Part shown: positions 37,101 through 41,651 of the stretch, piece after piece
How positions within the stretch are numbered: the stretch's first letter is position 1
How the letters are laid out: the number at the start of each line of letters is the position of its first letter
Assembly: GCA_964440865.1 (NCBI GenBank)
Contig: CAYTXA010000001.1
Location: 8,781-50,431 of the forward strand
DNA: 41,651 bases
Source of the DNA: an uncultured Muribaculaceae bacterium
GTDB lineage: Bacteria > Bacteroidota > Bacteroidia > Bacteroidales > UBA932
Direction: 5' to 3'
Translations under genes and position numbers: made by a program
The notes under the pieces: model-generated
What the model was told of the DNA's origin: nothing
Databases searched by the model: none
Seen by the model: only the letters and a program-made list of their open reading frames with translations

Positions 37101-38375
37101 TTCGGCGCTGCCTTCAAGACTTCCCATTACGACAAATCCTGCTTCGAGGGTATCTACAGAGTTCCGGACGAGGTGATCTGGAACACCCGCAAGCTCATGA
37201 AGCAGACCCTCATCAATGTCGTGAAGGAGAAGATCAGTGATCCTTCGCAGTGCAGCCACTATTCTCCCAGCCAGATCGTCACGATCAAGGAGACACTCCG
37301 CGACGATGTCCTGACGATCGGATTCGCAAGGCGTTTCGCTACCTACAAGAGGGCGACCCTGCTGTTCAAGGACCTCGACCGTCTCGATGCCATCGTGAAC
37401 AATCCCGAGCGTCCCGTACAGTTCTTCTTTGCCGGAAAGGCCCATCCTGCCGACAAGGCCGGACAGGACCTCATCAAGCAGATCGTGGAGATCAGCAAGC
37501 AGGACCGCTTCATCGGAAAGATCGTCTTCATCCCCGGCTACGACATAACCCTTGCCAAGAGGCTTGTACAGGGTGTGGACGTATGGATGAACAATCCTAC
37601 GCGCCCGCTCGAGGCATCCGGAACATCCGGAGAGAAGGCCGCGATGAACGGCGTAATGCACTTCTCTGTACTCGACGGCTGGTGGGTCGAGGGCTACAGG
37701 CCCGGCGCCGGCTGGGCTCTTCCCCAGGAGCGCACCTACGACGACCAGAACTACCAGGACGAGCTCGATGCCGCCACGATCTACTCCACGATCGAGAACG
37801 AGATTGCTCCCGACTACTATGACAAGGACGAAAAGACCGGCATGAGCACACGCTGGATCGGGTACATCAAGAATACGATCGCGCAGGTAGCCAGCAACTT
37901 CACGACGAACAGGATGCTTACCGACTACTGCAACCAGTACTACAACCCGCAGTACGCAAGGACCATGCTCCTGCAGAAGGATGACTACAAGGTTGCCCGC
38001 GAGATTGCCGCGTGGAAGAAGCATGTGGAGAGCGTATGGCCTCATATCCAGGTACTTTCCTATACCCAGCCAAATGCTTCCTACAGCGTTTCCCCGACAG
38101 ACTACATGCACGCGGAGGTTGTCCTCAACATCGGCGACCTGAACCCGGAGGATATCGGAGTGGAGATGCTCTTCTGCACGACGGACCGCCGCGGCGAGCT
38201 CCACATCCAGGATGAGGTCGAGTTCAACCCCGGTGCGGCAAAGGACGGCATCGTAACCTATTCGGCGGACATACTTCCGGAAAGGACCGGAATGTACCAT
38301 GTCGCGACAAGGTACTATGCCAAGGATGAAAGGCTTCCGCATCGCCAGGACTTCCCGCTTGTGAAATGGTTGTAG
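34131..38375 (+). CDS. glgP: Fused GT3 glycogen synthase + GT35 alpha-glucan phosphorylase
   Basis: N-terminal part: FEVSWEVCNKVGGIYTV, RYEYRNKG, PSYYEPWGYTPLE. C-terminal part: YFCMEYG, YSGGLGILAGD, NEGH, FARRFATYKR, EASGTSGEK (PLP lysine). Single uninterrupted 1414-aa frame. Confidence 0.93.
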   Translation: MTEKNLLSPDYLFEVSWEVCNKVGGIYTVIATKALYLKSQLGDHHILIGPDVWMSTDANPAFEEDQTLYSEWKAQAAEEGLRVRIGHWSIPGKPVAILVDFKQMISRMDDILTNLWKDWGVDSLMGNWDYKENTLFGVVAGKVIESFYRHNLSPKDKVVAQFHEWQTGAGLLYIKHVNIPIATVFTTHATVVGRCIAGNDLPLYDNMTSYNGDEMARRFNVVSRHSLEKTTAQNADVFTTVSDITARECSQFLGRNVDFVTPNGFEGAIAPSSEEDYRKKRTAARERLSRVAFAMSGDNVGQNDVFVCIGGRYEYRNKGIDVFLDAFGQLKKKGWAGCQIQAFIMIPGGHNGPDRELAAKLDKGENPDYRTQVSHSLMYPETDQISRRMRELGLDNALGSKIKVYFVPSYLNGDDGIFNMKYYDLLVGMDLALFPSYYEPWGYTPLEAAAFCVPTFTTSLAGFGMWIREHYSKASHPGVAIADRTDANYFDVVNAVVARIEDVASLNDAQRQEYCENAADVASIALWKNQIKYYNRAYDAALDIIDSKRGDYREIKEEKHMNYSRIEINRPTWQSVMVTRHLPKALEGLERLSKNLWWCWNDSAKALFKSVDKEIWHKTGHNPMALLDTVSLKRFNELAKDSNFLGQLAEVMEEFDTYMAAKKDRKDPQIGYFCMEYGLDTSLKIYSGGLGILAGDYLKETSDMNVNLVAVGFLYRYGYFTQVLTAQGDQVARYDAADFMRIPVTPVLNEDGSWVTTSVAFPGRNITARIWKVAVGRTDLYLLDTDYEANNDEDRAVTHQLYGGDWENRLKQELLLGIGGIRALRNLGLNPQIYHCNEGHAAFIGLERLREYIQKENLSFSEALEVVRSSSLFTTHTPVPAGHDAFDEGLLRKYLGHEPDELKISWEAFMALGKHHPEDPNEKFSMSILAANISQNVNGVSKLHGEVSRKIFADMYPGYLPEELHIGYVTNGVHYPTWASKEWKKVHAPVFGAAFKTSHYDKSCFEGIYRVPDEVIWNTRKLMKQTLINVVKEKISDPSQCSHYSPSQIVTIKETLRDDVLTIGFARRFATYKRATLLFKDLDRLDAIVNNPERPVQFFFAGKAHPADKAGQDLIKQIVEISKQDRFIGKIVFIPGYDITLAKRLVQGVDVWMNNPTRPLEASGTSGEKAAMNGVMHFSVLDGWWVEGYRPGAGWALPQERTYDDQNYQDELDAATIYSTIENEIAPDYYDKDEKTGMSTRWIGYIKNTIAQVASNFTTNRMLTDYCNQYYNPQYARTMLLQKDDYKVAREIAAWKKHVESVWPHIQVLSYTQPNASYSVSPTDYMHAEVVLNIGDLNPEDIGVEMLFCTTDRRGELHIQDEVEFNPGAAKDGIVTYSADILPERTGMYHVATRYYAKDERLPHRQDFPLVKWL

Positions 38376-39244
38376 CCACCGGATTCTTTGACGGTGTCCA
38401 TCTCGGACACCGTTTTGTTTTGGGGCGGCTCGTGGTGGAGTCCCGTCTCCGTGGGGAGAAGAGCACTGTGGTGACTTTCTGGCCCCATCCCAGGACCGTG
38501 CTCCAGAGCGGGGCAAGGACGCTCCGCCTGCTCTCGACCCTGGACGAGAAGAAAGAGATGCTGCATTCTCTGGGAGTGGACCGCGTTGAGATTCTACCCT
38601 TTACGAGAGATTTTGCCAGGATGACGACCAAGGAATATCTTCGCGACGTGATCCGTGACCGGCTGCACGGCACATCCGTCCTTGTCGGCTATGACAACAG
38701 GATGGGCAGCGATCAGGTCGGTGCGGAAAAGATCAGGGAAATCGCTTCGGGTCTCGGGCTTGGCTGCATCGTGCTCGACAAGTTCGAATCCGGCCCCGAT
38801 ACGATAAGTTCCAGCAAGATCCGTTCTCTGCTCGCAGAGGGGCGCATAGAGGAGGCCAACGGCATGCTCGGATATGAGTATCCGCTCCATGGCGTAGTCG
38901 TGGCCGGCAACCAGCTCGGCCGGACGATAGGCTTTCCGACTGCGAACATGAAACTCTACGAGCCGCTGAAAGCTATTCCCGCAAATGGCGTGTATCTCAC
39001 TGAGGTGCAGACTCTTGGAAAGAGCTACAGAGGAATGACCAACATAGGTTCCAGGCCTACCGTCTCGCATTCGGGCGAGGTGGTGATCGAGACCAACATA
39101 TTCGATTTCAATGAGGATATATATGGGCTCGACATCCGTCTCCGGTTCCTCAGGAGAATCCGTGAGGAACGCTGCTTCCCGACTCTCGAGGACCTGCGTC
39201 TCCAGCTTGTTTCCGACAAGGAAGAGTGTATGAGACATTGTTGA
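38366..39244 (+). CDS. ribF: Bifunctional riboflavin kinase / FAD synthetase
   Basis: Motifs GFFDGVHLGH, ISSSKIR, GRTIGFPTAN, NIG.RPT and RIREE..F; 10-nt overlap with the upstream gene. Confidence 0.95.
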   Translation: MVVATGFFDGVHLGHRFVLGRLVVESRLRGEKSTVVTFWPHPRTVLQSGARTLRLLSTLDEKKEMLHSLGVDRVEILPFTRDFARMTTKEYLRDVIRDRLHGTSVLVGYDNRMGSDQVGAEKIREIASGLGLGCIVLDKFESGPDTISSSKIRSLLAEGRIEEANGMLGYEYPLHGVVVAGNQLGRTIGFPTANMKLYEPLKAIPANGVYLTEVQTLGKSYRGMTNIGSRPTVSHSGEVVIETNIFDFNEDIYGLDIRLRFLRRIREERCFPTLEDLRLQLVSDKEECMRHC

Positions 39245-39271
39245 TTTCTCCGGAAAAAAGTTATATATTTG
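39241..39271 (+). promoter_or_regulatory. -33/-7 promoter for greA
   Basis: TTG at 39241-39243, a 20-nt spacer, then TATATTTG at 39264-39271. Confidence 0.7.
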
Positions 39272-39301
39272 TATCGCTTTGGGCCTGATTAGGCCCGGAT
39301 T

Positions 39302-39333
39302 GAGTTTCGCCCCCGGGGCGGAACTCCTTTTTG
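39302..39333 (+). terminator. Intrinsic terminator within the greA leader
   Basis: 11-bp stem GAGTTTCGCCC / GGGCGGAACTC (one G-U pair) followed by CTTTTTG. Confidence 0.7.
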
Positions 39334-39359
39334 ATTGTTTGACTGAAAAGAAAATTTAT

Positions 39360-39833
39360 ATGCCAGGTAGCAATTACATGACACAGGATGGCCTCGACAA
39401 GCTCAAGAAGGAGCTTGCAGAGGCTCTTGCGCAGCGCCCCGTCATCAGCGCTGCCATCGGGGAGGCCAGGGAGAAGGGCGATCTGTCCGAAAATGCCGAG
39501 TATGATGCGGCTAGGGACGCCCAGGCTCTGCTTGAGATCAAGATCGCACGTCTCAAGGATACAATAGCGAAGGCCAAGGTGATCGACGAGAGCAAGATCT
39601 CGACGGACAGCGTACAGCTCATGACCAAGGTCAAGATCGAGAATGTATCCGCGAAGAAGACCATGGAATTCACCATCGTAGGTGATACCGAGGCTGATTT
39701 CGCCCACGGCAAGCTTGCAGCGTCGACTCCTATCGCCAAGGCCCTTCTCGGCCACAAGAAAGGAGAGATCGTCGATGCGAAGGTGCCGTCTGGAGTGATG
39801 AAGATCAAGATTCTGGATATCAGCTTATCATAA
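39360..39833 (+). CDS. greA: Transcription elongation factor GreA
   Basis: Motifs EAREKGDLSENAEYDAA and TPIAKALLG; start set at ATG 39360. Confidence 0.96.
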   Translation: MPGSNYMTQDGLDKLKKELAEALAQRPVISAAIGEAREKGDLSENAEYDAARDAQALLEIKIARLKDTIAKAKVIDESKISTDSVQLMTKVKIENVSAKKTMEFTIVGDTEADFAHGKLAASTPIAKALLGHKKGEIVDAKVPSGVMKIKILDISLS

Positions 39834-39834
39834 T

Positions 39835-40239
39835 ATGGCAACACTTTTCACAAAGATTACTTCCGGCGAGATTCCTTCCTACAAGGTAGCGGAGGACAAG
39901 GACTACTATGCCTTTCTCGACATCAGCCCCCTCGCCGAGGGCCATACTCTCGTGATTCCCCGCAACGTGGAGGATGACTACATCTTCCATCTTGACGACA
40001 AGACCTACGAAGGGCTCTGGGCTTTTGCAAAGAAGGTCGCAGTCGCCATCAAGGCTGCCGTTCCCTGCAAGAGGGTCGGAGTGGCTGTGCTGGGGCTGGA
40101 AGTGCCCCACACCCACATCCATCTCGTCCCGCTCCAGAGCGAGGCTGACCTCGATTTCCGCAAGGAACATCTCAAGCTTTCCCCGGAAAGGATGCAGGAG
40201 ATCGCCGATTCAATCCTGAAGGAGTATGAAAAACTTTAA
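39835..40239 (+). CDS. HIT family protein
   Basis: Motifs F.KI..GEIP, AFLDI.P...GHTLVIP and the HTHIHLVP histidine triad. Confidence 0.95.
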   Translation: MATLFTKITSGEIPSYKVAEDKDYYAFLDISPLAEGHTLVIPRNVEDDYIFHLDDKTYEGLWAFAKKVAVAIKAAVPCKRVGVAVLGLEVPHTHIHLVPLQSEADLDFRKEHLKLSPERMQEIADSILKEYEKL

Positions 40240-41368
40240 GCTTGTCGCTGCAGTTGCAATTGCTGCGGCGTGCCTCGCTTCCTGCAGCAAGGGGGCGAGG
40301 GTTTCCGGCGTTGTCGATGGCGACGCAAATGATTCCATCGAGGTCCGTCTGCTCGACGTGAATGTCTACAAGCCGATCGATACCGTCAGCACGAATGCTT
40401 CCGGCGCATTTTCCTTCACGGTCCCCGTGGAGAAGGGAAAGCCCGAATTCGTATATCTTTTCCGTCATGGGAACCATCTCGCATCCCTCCTTCTCCAGCA
40501 TGGGGACAAGGTCAGCGTGGATGCCGATACCCTTGGCCGTTATTCCGTCTCCGGTTCCGCCGAGTCCGAGAAGCTTGTCGAGGTGGAGAGGGCTGAGAGC
40601 GAATTCGAGAACAAGTTCCAGAGCACGGTCGCGAAACTTTCCGACCAGGATCCTTCCTCTCCCGAGGCCGAAGCGACAAGGCGTGACCTGGCCAAGCAGT
40701 ACATTGCCTACTACAGGGACAGGGTCATCTATGTGATGAAGAATTCCAAGTCTCTGACAACCATACCGGTTCTGTATCAGACAGTAGGGGATACTCCTCT
40801 CTTCGGACAGGTTACGGATGCGATCCATTTCCGCAATGCCTATGATTCCCTTATGACGGTCTATCCCGAGTCCCGCTATGTCAAGGCTCTTGGTGCGGAG
40901 GCGGACAAGAGGCAGGCTGAGATGGGCTTCTATGCCAAGGCGCAGAGCGCTCCGGTACTCGGCTTCCCGGACATAACCCTTCCCGGCATCGACGGCAAGC
41001 CGGTTGCTCTCAGCTCTCTGAAGGACAAGATGATACTCGTCTATTTCTGGTCCACGGAGAAGGCTGCGCAGTCCATGCTCAACCTCGAGCTCCTGAAGCC
41101 GCTCTATGAGAAGTATCACGACAAGGGTCTCGAGATCTATGCCGTGTCGCTCGATACGGACAAGACTTCGTGGGCTACCGTGGTAAGGAACCAGGGGCTT
41201 GAGTGGATCAATGTCTGCGATGGTCTCGGCTGGGCTTCACCCTCCGTCACGACCTACAATGTGGGCGAGATTCCGTTTGCGTTCCTGATAAAGGATGGGG
41301 ATATCGTGGCGAATACTGGGATAAAGGATGAGAAGACGCTTGAGCGCTACTTGTCCGCCAATCTATAG
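40226..41368 (+). CDS. TlpA/AhpC-TSA-like lipoprotein lacking CxxC
   Basis: Lipobox LASC; thioredoxin-like C-terminus (PDITL...GK.V.LSSL, LYEKY.DKGLEIYAVSLD, YNV..IP...LI). Confidence 0.85.
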   Translation: MKNFKLVAAVAIAAACLASCSKGARVSGVVDGDANDSIEVRLLDVNVYKPIDTVSTNASGAFSFTVPVEKGKPEFVYLFRHGNHLASLLLQHGDKVSVDADTLGRYSVSGSAESEKLVEVERAESEFENKFQSTVAKLSDQDPSSPEAEATRRDLAKQYIAYYRDRVIYVMKNSKSLTTIPVLYQTVGDTPLFGQVTDAIHFRNAYDSLMTVYPESRYVKALGAEADKRQAEMGFYAKAQSAPVLGFPDITLPGIDGKPVALSSLKDKMILVYFWSTEKAAQSMLNLELLKPLYEKYHDKGLEIYAVSLDTDKTSWATVVRNQGLEWINVCDGLGWASPSVTTYNVGEIPFAFLIKDGDIVANTGIKDEKTLERYLSANL

Positions 41369-41404
41369 TCGTTGATTAACCCGAAAATTATTATCAACTG
41401 ACCC

Positions 41405-41439
41405 GAGGATGACCATTTGACTGGCCATCCTCTTTTTTT
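41405..41439 (+). terminator. Intrinsic terminator ending the greA-HIT-lipoprotein unit
   Basis: GAGGATGACCA / TGGCCATCCTC stem (one mismatch) followed by T7. Confidence 0.8.
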
Positions 41440-41447
41440 GCCCTGCT

Positions 41448-41549
41448 GGTCTGGTGCGGCTGCCGGCGGAACTCCGCTCCGCTGCTTTTTCTGTCTGCTC
41501 CGCCGGTCCGGTCCGGTGCGGTCGCCGGCGGAACTCCGCTCCGCTGCTT
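41448..41549. repeat. Two 40-bp direct repeats with internal hairpins (REP-like)
   Basis: 41448-41487 and 41510-41549 match at 37/40, with an exact 26-nt core GCCGGCGGAACTCCGCTCCGCTGCTT. Confidence 0.75.
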
Positions 41550-41651
41550 CGCAGCTCGGCTCCGGCCCCTCCCACCGTATCCTGCGTCCCGCTTCGTGAC
41601 CCGTCCTGATTTTTCTTTACAGTTTTGAGCCTTTATTGTTCATAATTTTGG

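Noticed and set aside
734-38516. Long antisense ORFs (e.g. 734-2263, 2637-3995, 10452-11960, 16890-18491, 25794-27548, 36951-38516)
   Set aside because: They shadow well-identified genes on the other strand, carry no motifs, and are expected from high GC3 codon bias
9174-39359. Upstream-extended ORF starts for dnaX, the response regulator, ispH, prs, rlmH, xseA, glgB, GH57 and greA
   Set aside because: The extensions overlap neighbouring genes or promoter boxes; downstream ATGs fit family N-termini and stop-start coupling
41448-41549. Mini CRISPR array
   Set aside because: Only two imperfect copies, a 22-nt low-complexity spacer, no AT-rich leader and no cas genes
41617-41643. Tiny minus-strand ORF MNNKGSKL at the window edge
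   Set aside because: Too short to support; more likely the tail or UTR of a gene outside the window

Overview
This is a core chromosomal segment of a GC-rich Bacteroidales bacterium. The assignment is inferred from gene content and recurrent TAnnTTTG promoter boxes. It holds about 36 tightly packed genes: yigZ, serC-serA-DUF1015, murA/murB, an O-methyltransferase, an M16 peptidase, dnaX-lptB-response regulator-cmk-ispH, efp, engB-prs-small protein-der, DUF4783, rlmH plus a large NtrY-like histidine kinase, a three-gene ABC module, xseAB, a five-gene glycogen locus ending in a GT3 synthase-GT35 phosphorylase fusion, ribF, greA, HIT and a TlpA-like lipoprotein. I saw no rRNA, tRNA, CRISPR array or transposase. 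The most unusual signal is a symmetric 28-bp element at 19008-19035 that reads as a sigma54 -24/-12 promoter on both strands, sharing one central GC. It sits between DUF4783 and the rlmH-kinase operon, and the same window encodes a sigma54 activator with no DNA-binding HTH. Other notable items are a terminator-containing greA leader, several apparently leaderless genes, two C-terminal frameshifts in the ABC module, and a REP-like repeat at the right end. All calls come from motif reading by eye; no searches were run.
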